Part shown: positions 1 to 13,865 of the stretch, piece by piece
How the letters are laid out: each line of letters begins with the position of its first letter
Position numbering within the stretch: position 1 is the stretch's first letter
NCBI GenBank assembly: GCA_030696265.1
Contig: JAUYSO010000017.1
Coordinates: forward strand, 72,368 to 136,367
Source of the DNA: Myxococcales bacterium
GTDB lineage: Bacteria; Myxococcota; Myxococcia; Myxococcales; Myxococcaceae
Reading direction: 5' to 3'
Length of the DNA: 64,000 bases
The notes under the pieces: generated by a model
What the model was told of the DNA's origin: nothing
Seen by the model: the letters and a program-made list of their open reading frames with translations, nothing else
Databases searched by the model: none
Made by a program: the position numbers and the translations under genes

Positions 1-2298
<2,298 letters not shown>

Positions 2299-2352
2299 GA
2301 CCGCCTCCGTACACGATGGCCGACGGAGCGCACGTCATCGGTTTGTCGAGGG

Positions 2353-3081
<729 letters not shown>

Positions 3082-4186
3082 AGATGAAACGCCGAGCCTT
3101 TCCCCGGCCCTTCGCTCTCGGCCACCAGGTCTCCGCCCATCGCGCGCGCGAGCTGCCGCGACAAGTGCAGGCCCAGGCCGCTGCCATGCGTGACGCCTTC
3201 GCCTGACGACGCGCGCTCGACCTCGAACAACCGCTCCGCGTCTGCAGGCACGAAGCCGCGACCCGAGTCGGCGATCGAGATGCGCAGCCGTTCACCTTCG
3301 GCGACGCTGGTGACGGTCGTCTTCGCGCCGCCGTATTTGCGCGCGTTGTCGAAGAGGTTCTCGAGCACCACCCGCACGGCGTCGCGGTCCGCGCGCACCA
3401 GGCAGCTCTCGAGATCGCCGATGCGCACCTCTTCGCCGACGTGCGCGGTGCGCCGATGGTCGACGATGTTCAGCACCAGGCTCATCGCGTCTTCCTGGCC
3501 GAGCGCGCGCGGGTCGATGGCGCGGCTGCGCTGCAACACCAGCATCGAGTCGGTGAGGTGCTCGAGCGAGTCACACGCCTGGAGCCCGTGGTCGAGCAAC
3601 CGGGCCTGCGCGTCGGCCGGCACCTTGCCTGCTTTGAGCGCCTCGAGCAGCGCCTTGAGGCCCGCGACCGGCGTCTTGAACTCGTGGCCGGTGAACTGGA
3701 GCAGCCGCGCCATCTGCTGCGTGCGCCGCTGACGCTCCTGCGCGACGAGCCACAGCCCGATCACGAGCGCGACCAGCATCGACGCCAGCACCGCCGACTC
3801 GCCGACGATCATCAGCTCGAGCCGCTGCGCCCGCTCCAGCGCCTGCTCGGGCGGCATCACGGCGACCTGCTCCTGCAGCTGCAGGTTCTCGCCGATGAGC
3901 CGGCGACTGAAGACGTTCCACCAGCTGATGAGCACCCCGATGACCGCCAGCGCTCCGAGCAGAAGCGCGATGTCGAGCCATTGGACCTGCCGTCTGGAGG
4001 CCATGGATGCGGAGGTAGCGCCGGGTCTCCGAGGGAGTGTCATGTGTTCGTCAGAGGTCCGGCCTGAAGGTTGCTGAGTCGTCCAGTCGACCTCTACCCC
4101 AACTGTCTTTCCGATGGCTTGGGTCGTGGCGCTGACTGGCATTCACACCGTGCCAGTCAGTTTTGACAAGCTGACCGGGAGAGCCC

Positions 4187-5599
4187 ATGACCGAGGCGCG
4201 AATGAGCCGTGAGATTACGCGAGAGCTGCGGGTGTTGACCGACGACGACCTGTCGCCCCCGATGATTCGCGCGATGCGCATCGAGCGGCGCGGCCACCCG
4301 GCCCTCGTGCTGCCGCTGTACCCTGACGTCGAGTACGTCTTCGGCCGCAGCGGCGACTCGAGCGTGGTGTTCAGCGACGACGCGGTGTCTCGTCAGCACG
4401 GCCGGCTGTGGTGTGACGCGCAGCTTCGGTGGGTGTACCGCGATCTCTCCTCGAGCAACGGCAGCTTCCGCACGCCGAAGGGCCGGCCCGACGTGATGCT
4501 CGAGCTGCGCGGCTCGACGCCCGTGGGGTTGTCGGTCGGCGACGCGCTGCTGCTGGGCACCGAGCGGTCGCGCATCGTGCTGCTCGAGACGGCGCCAGTC
4601 AGAGAAGGCCGCGCGGTGCAGCAGTCGGCGCTCCAGTCGGAGGCCGCCCGTGCGCTCGAGGCGCGCGTGCAGATCGTCGCGCATCACCAACTGCCCGTCG
4701 TGCTCTTCGGCGCCTCTGGCACGGGGAAGACCTTCACCGCACGGCGCATTCACGAGCTGTCGGGGTGTGCCGGGCCCTTCATCCTCGTCAACTGCGGCCG
4801 GTTGCCACGTGACGTCGCCGCGCTGCAGAGCGAGCTGCTCGGTCACGTGAAGGGCGCGTACACCGGCGCAACGGGAGAGCGCCCCGGCAAGTTCTTCGCG
4901 GCGTCGAACGGCACGCTGTTCCTCGACGAGGTCGAGTCGCTGCCGCGCGAAGCGCAGGACTTTCTCATCGACGTGCTCGAGGGCACGGGGGCCTTCGCGC
5001 CGTTGGGCGCAGCGGCCGATGACCGGCCCGAGGCCCCGCGCTTCCGGCTCATCTCGGCCTCGAAGACGCCGCTGCGACAGACGACGCTCCGGCCCGACCT
5101 CGTCGAGCGCCTGCTCGGCGACCCGCTCACCATCCCATCGCTCGACCAGCGCCGGGAAGACATCGCGACGCTCGTCGCCCAGTTCCTCGCCAACCTGCGC
5201 ACCAAGCAGAACATCGACGCTGAGGTGACCCCCGAAGGCCTCGCGCTGCTGCAGACCCGGGGCTGGCCGGGACAGATTCGTGAGCTCGAGCGAGTCATCA
5301 ACGTCACCGCGCAGCGGCTCGCGGCCGAGCGGCGCGCGCACGGGCTCGACACCGAGCGGCTCACCATCGGCGTCGAGGCGCTCCGGAAGCACCTCGAGGA
5401 GCAGGAGCAGGTGCTCGGCGAGTCGAACACCGAGGTCGCGCCCACCTCGCAGTTCGCCGCCATTCGCAAGCGGCCGGCCGATCTCACCCGAGACGAAGTC
5501 GCCGCCGCAGTCGCCGCACATGGTGGGAACAAGACCCACGCCGCCGAGGCGCTCGGCATCGCGCTCAACACGCTCAAGAAGAAGCTGAAGCAGGAGTGA
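4187..5599 (+). CDS. Sigma-54-dependent transcriptional activator with an N-terminal FHA domain and a C-terminal Fis-type HTH
   Basis: FHA-like region (FGRSGDSSVVFSDDAVSRQHGRLW). AAA+ sigma-54 interaction domain with Walker A GASGTGKT, the GAYTGA loop (sigma-54 contact GAFTGA variant) and GWPGQIRELE. C-terminal HTH (HGGNKTHAAEALGIALNTLKKKLK). Divergent from the two-component pair. Confidence 0.9.
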   Translation: MTEARMSREITRELRVLTDDDLSPPMIRAMRIERRGHPALVLPLYPDVEYVFGRSGDSSVVFSDDAVSRQHGRLWCDAQLRWVYRDLSSSNGSFRTPKGRPDVMLELRGSTPVGLSVGDALLLGTERSRIVLLETAPVREGRAVQQSALQSEAARALEARVQIVAHHQLPVVLFGASGTGKTFTARRIHELSGCAGPFILVNCGRLPRDVAALQSELLGHVKGAYTGATGERPGKFFAASNGTLFLDEVESLPREAQDFLIDVLEGTGAFAPLGAAADDRPEAPRFRLISASKTPLRQTTLRPDLVERLLGDPLTIPSLDQRREDIATLVAQFLANLRTKQNIDAEVTPEGLALLQTRGWPGQIRELERVINVTAQRLAAERRAHGLDTERLTIGVEALRKHLEEQEQVLGESNTEVAPTSQFAAIRKRPADLTRDEVAAAVAAHGGNKTHAAEALGIALNTLKKKLKQE

Positions 5600-5629
5600 C
5601 GACGGAGTCGGGAGTAGACTCTGTTCCTC

Positions 5630-6064
5630 ATGAGCGACCTCGATCTCACCCAGCTGGCCAAAGCGTCGAAGCTCTTCGAGGCGCTCGACCCCGAAGCCCG
5701 CAAGGAGCTGCTCTCACGCTCGGGCCGCCAGAAGTTCCCCGCGGGCCACGTCCTCTGCCGCGAAGGCGAGTCAGGCGACGTGCTCTACGTGCTCGCGAAG
5801 GGTGAAGCGCGGGTGTCGCTCGATGACCTTGGCGAGGACAAGGAGGTCGGTCGCCTCTCTGCCGGCCACTTCTTCGGGGAGCAGGCGATGCTCTCGGGCT
5901 CGAAGCGCCAGGCGACCGTCACGGCGGTGACGGAGCTCGAGGTGGTGTCGTTTCCCCGCGCCGCGGTCGACGCAGTCCTGGCGAAGAACCCGTCGGCGCG
6001 CGCAGTGCTGGCCACCGTGGGCCTGCAGCGCAGTGAGGCGTCGATGCAGAAGCTGATGGAGTGA
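5630..6064 (+). CDS. Cyclic-nucleotide-binding (cNMP/CAP effector) domain protein
   Basis: 144 aa. Signature FGEQAMLSGSKRQATVTA (FGE...R.AT). Lies 30 nt downstream of the sigma-54 activator. Confidence 0.8.
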   Translation: MSDLDLTQLAKASKLFEALDPEARKELLSRSGRQKFPAGHVLCREGESGDVLYVLAKGEARVSLDDLGEDKEVGRLSAGHFFGEQAMLSGSKRQATVTAVTELEVVSFPRAAVDAVLAKNPSARAVLATVGLQRSEASMQKLME

Positions 6065-6068
6065 CGCC

Positions 6069-7052
6069 TCAGCGCCAGCACTCGTCGTAGCCGAGCTCGA
6101 CCGTGCCGCCCGTCGCTGGGCAGGTGTCCAATTCGATGCTGCCCTGCGGGTACGTGGTGTCGGGCGGCGTCGCGCGGAAGGTCGACGGCGCGCCGTTGAC
6201 GGTGACGCGCACGCGCCGGCTTCGGTCGAGCGGTCGCTTGAGGCCAATGATGCAGCGCTGGTTGACCAGTCGCCCGGCCGTCGTGCGGAGGATGTTGACG
6301 TAGTCGGTGGTGCACAACGCGAGCGTGCCCTCCTGCTTGAACAACGTGGGGAGCGTCGCCAACCGCCACCCGCGCACCAGCCCGGGGAAGAGACAGCCGT
6401 CGAGGCCGACGATGGACGTCACCGACAGCCGCTGGTCGCCGGTCTTGAGGCCACGCAGGAACATCTCGAACTCCGACAACGGGAAGGGCGACTGGTCGTC
6501 TTCGTCACCGAGGATGATCAACGCGAGGTCGGCGTTGTCTCGCAGGAAGTTCTTGTTGGTGCTCGACAGCAACGGCTCTGACAACGCAGCCCGGGCCGCG
6601 CCGAGCGCGCGCTCCTGAGCGCTGCCCTCACTGCCGACGTTCACCAGCTTCGAGAAGGCCTCCTCAGCGTTCGCCGTCTTGTCGGTGATGACCGGCCCTG
6701 CGAAACGGCCCTCTCTGGTGTCGTCGTCCATGTCGGTCGTCACGGCGGCGACGCGGAAGTCGACCTGGTTCGTCTTGAAGGAGCCGAAGAAGGCGTCGAA
6801 GTTCGCCGCCAGCGCCGCCTGGTCGTTCTCCATGCTGCAGGAGTCGTCGATGACGAACAGCACGTCGATGGGCTGCCGCTTGAACGGCTCCAACGTGTAC
6901 GCGTCGGTCGCGACCACCTGGCAGCCGTCGGGGGCGACGGTCACGTTGGTCATGGACTCGACGGTGTCGGGCACAGGTGGCGCCTGGAGCAACTCCGTGC
7001 GCCCGCAGCCGAGCGAGGTGACGATGAGGAGGATGAGGATTCGCGGGTTCAT
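6069..7052 (-). CDS. Lipoprotein with a von Willebrand factor A-like domain
   Basis: Signal peptide plus lipobox (LIVTSLGCG). vWA/MIDAS-like DxSxS motif (VIDDSCSM). 327 aa. Confidence 0.7.
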   Translation of the reverse strand: MNPRILILLIVTSLGCGRTELLQAPPVPDTVESMTNVTVAPDGCQVVATDAYTLEPFKRQPIDVLFVIDDSCSMENDQAALAANFDAFFGSFKTNQVDFRVAAVTTDMDDDTREGRFAGPVITDKTANAEEAFSKLVNVGSEGSAQERALGAARAALSEPLLSSTNKNFLRDNADLALIILGDEDDQSPFPLSEFEMFLRGLKTGDQRLSVTSIVGLDGCLFPGLVRGWRLATLPTLFKQEGTLALCTTDYVNILRTTAGRLVNQRCIIGLKRPLDRSRRVRVTVNGAPSTFRATPPDTTYPQGSIELDTCPATGGTVELGYDECWR

Positions 7053-7170
7053 GGGCTCGGTGTCGCTTCGGCCAACGGTTGTCTTTCAACCACACCTCTG
7101 GCGGTCAACGCGAACGACCCCAACCGATTTCACAGGGCCCTGACCGCGCCGGCGCTGGTAGAGCCACCCC

Positions 7171-10113
7171 ATGTCGGATGCGGTGACGTTACTCGAGGCG
7201 GTGCGCGGAGAAGCCAAGCCAGGCGTCTGGTCGAACGGCGTGAAGCTCGCGCGCGCGGGCGCCGTGGTGCAGGAGTCGACCGATGGCACCGAGATCGTCC
7301 TGCGCGTGAAGGCAGGCGGCCGGCCAGTGCCCTGGACGGTGGTGCTCACGCCGAAGGAGTCATCGTGGGAGTGCAACTGCCCGGCGCCGGTCGACCCCTG
7401 CGAGCACTCGGTCGCTGCGGCCATCACGCTCAAAGAAGCGGCCGAGTCGGGCACCACGCTGGCGTCCGTCGAGAGCCGGTACTCGCGCGTCGTCTACCGC
7501 ATCGTGCGCGTCGAGAGCGGGCTGCAGGTTCAGCGCGCCGTGGTGACGCCCGAGGGCGTCGAGACGCCGCTCGACTCACTCGCCGCGGCGCTCGCGAACC
7601 CGGCCACCGCGAAACAGCTGCAGGTGGAGCAGCACGACCTTCAGGCCGACCGGCTGCTCGAGAAGAAGACACGGCTCGCGTTGCCGCCCGAGCGGGTCGA
7701 CGCAGTGCTCGGCGTGTTGCAGCCCAGCCGCACCGTGCTGCTCGATGGGCGGCCGGTGGCCATCGCCTCGGAGCTGCTGCTCCCACGCGTGACGGTGAAG
7801 GACGACGCCGACAGCATCGTGGTGACGGTCGCGAAGGACTCACGCGTGACCGAAGTGCTCGGGGCCGGCGTCGCCGTCGCGGGTGACACGCTCTTCCGCC
7901 TCGGGGAGCAGTCCTTCACCGGCGCGTGGCTCGAGAAGCTGCCGGTGGTGAAGACGTTCTCGGCGGCGCAGGCCGGTGAGGTGAGCGCGACCGTGGTGCC
8001 GGAGCTCGCGCGCCGCTTCTCCGTCGAGGTCACGAGCTCGCGGTTGCCACGGGTCGACGCGCGCCTCGAGCCGCGCGTCGTGCTCGAGGTCAATCAGCTG
8101 GAGCAGGGCCTCTCGGTGCTCCCGACGCTCGTCTACGGCGCGCCGCCGACGGTGCGCATCGACGCAGGCCGCATGGTGTACTTGCGGGGGCCGGTGCCGG
8201 TTCGTGACGAAGCGCAGGAGCAGCGGCTGCTTCATCACCTGCGCGACACGCTGAACCTCGTGCCTGGTCGGCGCATGACGGTGAACGGTCCCGAAGCCAT
8301 TCGGTTCGCCGACTCGCTGCGAAAGTGGCGCGGCGGGTTGACGGGCGATGCGGCGCGCAAGCTGAGCCCCGACCTGAAGCTCATTCCCCGCATGAAGCTC
8401 GACGACCGGACCGGCGCGGGCGTGCCGTCGGTCGCGTTCTCCTTCGACTTCGAGCTGGTGGGTGGCACGGCCGGAATGCCGACGCAGGTCGACGGCGCCG
8501 CGGTGCTGCGGGCTTGGGAAGATGGTTACGGGCTGGTGCCCATCGAAGGTGGTGGCTGGGCGCAGCTGCCCTCTGAGTTCCTCGAAGCGCAGGGCGCCCG
8601 CATCGCTGCGCTGCTCGCCGCGAAGCAGGAGAACGGAACGCTCGCCAACCACGCGCTCCCCCGCCTCGCCGAGCTCTGCGACTCGCTCGAGCAGCCGACG
8701 CCGCTGGGCCTCGACAGACTCAAGCCGCTGGCCGACGGGTTCGAGTCGCTGCCTGAGCCCACGCTCCCCGCCGACCTCACCGCGACGCTGCGGCCGTACC
8801 AGGTGCAGGGCGTGGCGTGGCTCCAGTTCCTTCAGCGCGCGGGCCTGGGTGGCGTGCTGGCCGACGACATGGGCCTGGGCAAGACGCTGCAGACGGCGTG
8901 CGTGCTGGGGAAGAAGTCGCTGGTGGTGTGCCCGACGAGCGTGTTGCCGACGTGGCTCGCCGAGCTCAAGCGCTTCAGGCCCTCGCTCACCGTCAACGCG
9001 TACCATGGGCCCAACCGCGCCCTCGACGACGTCGACGTGACGGTGACGACGTACGCGATTCTGCGGCTCGACCTCGTGCAGCTGCAGGCGCGCGAGTGGA
9101 GCGCGCTGGTGCTCGACGAAGCGCAGAACATCAAGAACCCCGAGAGCCAGGCGGCGAAGGCATCGTTCGCGCTGAAGGCTCCGTTCCGGCTCGCGCTGTC
9201 GGGAACGCCCGTCGAGAACCGCCTCGACGAACTCTGGAGCCTGATGCACTTCAGCAACCAGGGTCTGCTCGGTGGCCGGCGTCAGTTCGACGAGACGCTC
9301 GCGCGCCCCATCGCCGAGGGGAACGCCACCGCGAGGCTCGAGTTGAGGAAGCGGCTCAAGCCGTTCGTCCTGCGCCGGTTGAAAAAAGACGTCGCGAAGG
9401 ATCTGCCGCCGCGCACCGAGGTGGTGCGCACGGTGACGCTCGATGAACGCGAACGCGCCACGTACGACGCCATCTTCGCTGCCACGAAGGATGAGGTGGT
9501 GAAGCTGCTCGGCCAGGGCGGGAGCGTGCTCAAGGCGCTCGAGGCGCTGCTGCGGTTGCGTCAGGCCGCGTGTCACCCGGCGCTGATTCCAGGCCAGCTG
9601 GCGAAGACCTCGTCGAAGGTGCAGACGCTCGTCGATGCGCTCGCGACGGCCGTGGCCGATGGGCACAAGGCGCTCGTGTTCTCGCAGTGGACGAAGCTGC
9701 TCGACCTCATCGAGCCCGAGCTGACCGCGGCGGGCGTGCGCTTCTCGAGGCTCGACGGCTCGACCCCGAATCGCGGCGAGGTGACGGCCGAGTTCCAGAC
9801 GGAGGCGGGCCCGCCGGTGATGCTCATCTCCCTGAAGGCGGGCGGCACCGGCCTCACACTCACGGCGGCGGATCACGTCTTCCTCGTCGACCCGTGGTGG
9901 AACCCGGCCGTCGAAGCCCAGGCCGCCGACCGGGCGCACCGCATCGGGCAGGACAAGCCGGTGTTCGTGTATCGCCTCGTCTCGCAGGGAACGGTCGAGG
10001 AGCGCATCCTCACGTTGCAGGACAAGAAGCGTGCGCTGTTCGAAGCAGCGCTCGGAGATGGACAGTCGGCCGGCGCGCTGACGAAGGACGACCTGCTGGA
10101 GTTGTTCGCGTAG
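7171..10113 (+). CDS. SNF2-family (RapA/HepA-like) DEAD/H helicase with an N-terminal SWIM zinc finger
   Basis: SWIM CxCx(n)CxH ([17 protein letters not shown]). Helicase motif I DDMGLGKT, motif [13 protein letters not shown], and a C-terminal helicase domain ([41 protein letters not shown]). 980 aa. Confidence 0.9.
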   Translation: MSDAVTLLEAVRGEAKPGVWSNGVKLARAGAVVQESTDGTEIVLRVKAGGRPVPWTVVLTPKESSWECNCPAPVDPCEHSVAAAITLKEAAESGTTLASVESRYSRVVYRIVRVESGLQVQRAVVTPEGVETPLDSLAAALANPATAKQLQVEQHDLQADRLLEKKTRLALPPERVDAVLGVLQPSRTVLLDGRPVAIASELLLPRVTVKDDADSIVVTVAKDSRVTEVLGAGVAVAGDTLFRLGEQSFTGAWLEKLPVVKTFSAAQAGEVSATVVPELARRFSVEVTSSRLPRVDARLEPRVVLEVNQLEQGLSVLPTLVYGAPPTVRIDAGRMVYLRGPVPVRDEAQEQRLLHHLRDTLNLVPGRRMTVNGPEAIRFADSLRKWRGGLTGDAARKLSPDLKLIPRMKLDDRTGAGVPSVAFSFDFELVGGTAGMPTQVDGAAVLRAWEDGYGLVPIEGGGWAQLPSEFLEAQGARIAALLAAKQENGTLANHALPRLAELCDSLEQPTPLGLDRLKPLADGFESLPEPTLPADLTATLRPYQVQGVAWLQFLQRAGLGGVLADDMGLGKTLQTACVLGKKSLVVCPTSVLPTWLAELKRFRPSLTVNAYHGPNRALDDVDVTVTTYAILRLDLVQLQAREWSALVLDEAQNIKNPESQAAKASFALKAPFRLALSGTPVENRLDELWSLMHFSNQGLLGGRRQFDETLARPIAEGNATARLELRKRLKPFVLRRLKKDVAKDLPPRTEVVRTVTLDERERATYDAIFAATKDEVVKLLGQGGSVLKALEALLRLRQAACHPALIPGQLAKTSSKVQTLVDALATAVADGHKALVFSQWTKLLDLIEPELTAAGVRFSRLDGSTPNRGEVTAEFQTEAGPPVMLISLKAGGTGLTLTAADHVFLVDPWWNPAVEAQAADRAHRIGQDKPVFVYRLVSQGTVEERILTLQDKKRALFEAALGDGQSAGALTKDDLLELFA

Positions 10114-10151
10114 CTCGTCCGACGGTCCTCGCACCACGAGACGGAGAATGG

Positions 10152-11129
10152 TCACGCAGCCCGCGAGTGCGGGGCCGACAGCACCTTTCGAAGCTCGTCG
10201 ATGAGCTCGTCGGGCCGGTCATGAAGGGCCGCCCACGTCCACCGCAGCACCCGGTAGCCTCTCACCGTGAGCGCGTTGATTCTCTGCCGGTCTCGCTCGA
10301 ACGCGTCGACAGAGGAGTGCCACGCATACCCATCGGCCTCGAGGACGACCGCCGTTCCGGGGAACCTGAAGTCGAGCCGGTAGCGCCGGCCGCGCGCCGT
10401 CACCTTCTGCTGGAGCACTGGTCGCGGCATGCCGTGCTCATCGAGCAGCTCCAGCACTCGGGACTCGAGCTCGCTCTCGGGCACGCCGCCGAGCCCGGCG
10501 CGCCGCTGGGTGAGCCGGCGCAGCACCCGAATGCCTGGCGTCCCTCCTGCACGGTCGATGAACGCCGTCAGTCGCTCCGGGGTCGTGAGCTTGCGTCGAA
10601 GCGCGTCGTCGAGGGCAGTCGAGACGGCGGCCTCACGCTCCTCGGCGGCGAGGTCGAGCAACGTTCGCTCGATCGAGGTGACTCGAAGGCCACCGACCGT
10701 CGCCAGCTCTCGCGGCAGCAGCGCGCCCATTCGAAACACGCGGACACCGGAAGGGGCGCTCACGTGCCGGGTCGAGGCGATGACGATCGGCCCCGCGTCA
10801 TCGGAGAAACCAGAGAGTCCCCAGAGCGCCGCGGCGGTGCGATGCGAGAAGACACACCGTGGGCCGAACCACAGCGCGCTCGCTTTGAGACGTTGCCGCC
10901 ACGTCTCCGGGCTCCCTGCGATGACGCAGACGCCAGGGAACACGCGTCTCCAGCGCCCGGCGCGCACGCGGCGCTTCACTTGATCGACCGACATGCCGCG
11001 CTCGACGGCCTGCTCGACGCTGAAGACGCCGTGCTGACCCGCCGCCAACGTCACGACTGCCTGCTCTGCTGCACGCATCCCACCCTCCCCGCCCGTCCGA
11101 CGACTGGGAGTACCAGAGGGGGCTGACAT
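10152..11129 (-). CDS. AbiEi-like N-terminal domain plus DUF559 (restriction-endonuclease-like) protein
   Basis: N-terminal AbiEi_4-like helix-turn-helix region. C-terminal DUF559-like region (LEADGYAWHSS...DRQRINALTVRGYRVLRWTW). 325 aa. Confidence 0.65.
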   Translation of the reverse strand: MSAPSGTPSRRTGGEGGMRAAEQAVVTLAAGQHGVFSVEQAVERGMSVDQVKRRVRAGRWRRVFPGVCVIAGSPETWRQRLKASALWFGPRCVFSHRTAAALWGLSGFSDDAGPIVIASTRHVSAPSGVRVFRMGALLPRELATVGGLRVTSIERTLLDLAAEEREAAVSTALDDALRRKLTTPERLTAFIDRAGGTPGIRVLRRLTQRRAGLGGVPESELESRVLELLDEHGMPRPVLQQKVTARGRRYRLDFRFPGTAVVLEADGYAWHSSVDAFERDRQRINALTVRGYRVLRWTWAALHDRPDELIDELRKVLSAPHSRAA

Positions 11130-11186
11130 CGACTGGCACCGCGCGCGCGGAAACCGCCCGATTCGTGACGAGCGCTGCGGCTCGAG

Positions 11187-12098
11187 TCAGGTGCCGGTCT
11201 CGTGGCCGGTGACGTCCTTCACCCAGGCGTCGATCAACCGTCTCGCGATGCTCGCGCGGTGGAATTCGTGGCAGGCCGTCCGGCACCACCTCCCCCGAGA
11301 CCCAATCGGCCGTGAAGCCGATCATCAGCGAGTGCGGGAACGGCCAGGGCTGGCTCCCGAAGTATCGAACGTTGGCGACCTGGACGCCGACCTCTTCGTG
11401 CACCTCGCGCACCAGCGTCTCTTCGAGCGACTCGCCCACCTCGGAGAACCCGGCCAGGGTGCTGAAGAAGGCGACGGGGAACCGGCCCGAGTTCGCGAGC
11501 AGCGCCTCGTCTCCGCGACGCACGAGGGTGATGATGGCGGGCGTGATGCGCGGGTAGTTCACCTGCGCGCACACCGGGCACCGAATGGAGCGATCGGCCG
11601 CATCGCGAGGCGTCGGAGCCCCACACCGCCCACAGAACCGGTGCGTCGACGCGAAGTGCGCGAGCTGGTTCGCGCGCCCGGCGATGCCGAAGAGCGTCTC
11701 GTCGAGACGAGCCCACAGGCCTCGCAGCCCGACGAACTCGAACGCCTGTGGCACTGCGCTCCCTCGCGGCCAGCGCAGTGACAGACACGGCACCCATCGA
11801 GAAGCCCGACCATCGGAGCGTCGGCAGGGTCCAGCCCCAGGCTCGGCGAACGTGGGGAGCTGTTCGACGCCAACGCCTTCCCGCCGAAGCAGCACCTCGT
11901 TCTCCCCACACACGAACCAGTGGGCCACGGCAGGCAACGGCGACGGAATGACGACCTGCGGGAGGAACGGCCAGGGGGTGACTACCCCAGGCACGGCGCG
12001 TTCACCGTCAGCATCCGGGCGGAAACCGCACCAGAGGTGACACGCGGTGCGCTGCGTCAGCTCAAAACGGCCCCCTTGGTGCGATTCGCCGGAGTACA
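11187..12098 (-). CDS. nudC: NudC-like NADH pyrophosphatase (zinc ribbon + Nudix hydrolase) with an apparent frameshift near the 3' end
   Basis: Manual translation from the ATG at 12098. NudC N-domain (AHWFVCGENEVLL), Cys4 zinc ribbon (FCGRCGAP...CPVCAQVNYPRITP) and Nudix box (GFSEVGESLEETLVREVHEEVGVQV). After ...ADWVSGEVVPDG the NudC-type C-terminus (EFHRASIARRLIDAWV...stop at 11187) is in the +1 frame. The original frame instead runs on into the next gene. Confidence 0.6.
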
Positions 12099-12132
12099 TC
12101 GGAGGCCCCCTTCGCCCCGCCCAGGAGCCCCG

Positions 12133-13755
12133 ATGAACGGCCTCATGATGACGCAGCCGCTGCTCATCTCGTCGCAGCTCGAGTTCGCCGCCCGCTTTCA
12201 CCGCTCGGTCGAGATCGTCACCCGCACCGTCGAAGGGCCCATCGTTCGCACCACGTGGGCGGGCCTCGCCGACCGCGTGCGGCAGCTCGCGAACGCGTTG
12301 ACCGCCGCGGGCATCAAGCCCGGTGATGTGGTCGCGACGCTCGCGTGGAACACCCAGCGTCACCTCGAGCTCTACTTCGCCGTCTCGGGCATGGGCGCTG
12401 TCCTCCACACCATCAACCCGCGCCTGCCTCCAGACCAGCTCGCGTGGATCGCCAACGACGCGGGGGACGTGATGCTCTGCTTCGACACCACCTTCACCCC
12501 GCTCGCGAAGCACCTTGCCTCGGTGCCCGGGCCCATCACGCAGTTCATCGCCCTCACTGACGAAGCGCACCTGCCGAAGGACACTGGCATCGCGGGCCTT
12601 CGCGCCTACGAGTCGTTGCTCCCGGGCCAGCCGACGACCTTCTCGTGGCCGGCCCTCGACGAGAACACCGCCAGCTCGCTCTGCTACACGTCGGGCACCG
12701 TGGGGATGCCGAAGGGCGTCCTCTACTCGCACCGCAGCACCGTGCTGCACAGCTACGCCATCTGCATGGCCGACGCGCTCGCCATCTCGGCGCAGGACGT
12801 CACGCTCCCCGTCGTGCCGATGTTCCACGTCAACGCGTGGGGTGTGCCGTACGCCGCGGCGATGGTGGGCTCGAAGCTGGTGATGCCGGGTCCCGCGCTC
12901 GACGGCGTGAGCCTGCTCGACCTCATTCAGGCCGAAGGGGTCACCAGCGCGCTCGGCGTGCCGACCGTGTGGCTCGGCCTGCTGGCGGCGGCGAAGACGA
13001 AGCAGGTCACCATGTCGACGCTCACCAAGGTCACCATCGGCGGCTCGGCCTGCCCGCCTTCGATGATCACCGCGTTCCAGGAAGAGCACGGCGCGCGGGT
13101 GCTGCACGCCTGGGGCATGACGGAGCTGTCGCCGCTGGGGACCGCGTGCGTGCTCCTGCCCAACCACCACGCCCTCTCGAAGGAGCAGCGCCTCGCCATT
13201 CAGCTCAAGCAGGGCCGGCCCATCTTCGGCGTCGACCTGCGCCTCGTCGATGACGACGGCAAGGTCGTGCCTCACGACGGTAAGACGTCAGGCCACCTGC
13301 AGGCGAAGGGCGGCTGGGTGGCGAGCGCGTACTTCCACTCCGACGACCGCTCGCATCACGACGGAGACTGGTTCGCCACCGGTGACATCGCCACCATCGA
13401 CGGCGAGGGCTACATGCAGATCACCGACCGCAGCAAAGACGTCATCAAGTCGGGCGGAGAGTGGATCAGCTCCATCGACGTCGAGCACGCGGCCACCCTG
13501 CACCCGGCCGTCGCGCAGGCCGCGGCCGTCGGCATTCCTCACCCGCGCTGGGTCGAGCGCCCCCTGCTCGTCGTCGTGAAGCACAAAGACCAGGACGTCT
13601 CGAAGGCCGAGCTCCAGGCGTTTCTCGAGACGAAGCTGGTGAAGTGGTGGCTACCCGATGCCATCGAGTTCGTCGACGCGCTGCCGCTGGGCCCGACGGG
13701 AAAGGTCCTGAAGCGTCAGCTGCGCGATCGGTTCAAGGACTTCGCGTTGCCTTGA
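12133..13755 (+). CDS. AMP-dependent synthetase/ligase (fatty-acid--CoA ligase family)
   Basis: AMP-binding motif [24 protein letters not shown], and the C-terminal [11 protein letters not shown] lysine motif. Start chosen at MNGLMMTQ (12133) instead of the ORF-track ATG at 11920, because upstream residues are low-complexity and overlap nudC. Confidence 0.85.
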   Translation: MNGLMMTQPLLISSQLEFAARFHRSVEIVTRTVEGPIVRTTWAGLADRVRQLANALTAAGIKPGDVVATLAWNTQRHLELYFAVSGMGAVLHTINPRLPPDQLAWIANDAGDVMLCFDTTFTPLAKHLASVPGPITQFIALTDEAHLPKDTGIAGLRAYESLLPGQPTTFSWPALDENTASSLCYTSGTVGMPKGVLYSHRSTVLHSYAICMADALAISAQDVTLPVVPMFHVNAWGVPYAAAMVGSKLVMPGPALDGVSLLDLIQAEGVTSALGVPTVWLGLLAAAKTKQVTMSTLTKVTIGGSACPPSMITAFQEEHGARVLHAWGMTELSPLGTACVLLPNHHALSKEQRLAIQLKQGRPIFGVDLRLVDDDGKVVPHDGKTSGHLQAKGGWVASAYFHSDDRSHHDGDWFATGDIATIDGEGYMQITDRSKDVIKSGGEWISSIDVEHAATLHPAVAQAAAVGIPHPRWVERPLLVVVKHKDQDVSKAELQAFLETKLVKWWLPDAIEFVDALPLGPTGKVLKRQLRDRFKDFALP

Positions 13756-13865
13756 CAGGGCTCGTCCGTGGAGCCCGGACCAGTCCAGCGCATCGTGCAA
13801 GGAACGCGGACGTGAGCGCGGGTCTCGATGACGACGTCGAAGGCGCAGGTCCTGAAACGTCAGCC

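Noticed and set aside
4163-4168. TTGACA hexamer as a -35 element for the FHA activator gene
   Set aside because: No acceptable -10 hexamer at 16-18 bp spacing before the annotated start codon, so probably coincidental.
4157-5539. 460-aa minus-strand ORF opposite the FHA sigma-54 activator
   Set aside because: Antisense shadow ORF with Arg-rich junk translation. The plus-strand gene has unambiguous AAA+ motifs.
7840-10155. 771-aa minus-strand ORF antisense to the SNF2 helicase gene
   Set aside because: Arg/His/Glu-rich low-complexity translation and low third-position GC. It is entirely opposite a gene with clear helicase motifs. A typical high-GC shadow ORF.
10798-13275. 825-aa minus-strand ORF
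   Set aside because: Only its central about 300 codons (the nudC-like gene) are coding. The rest is antisense to the fatty-acid-CoA ligase gene or is read-through caused by the frame problem at the nudC 3' end.
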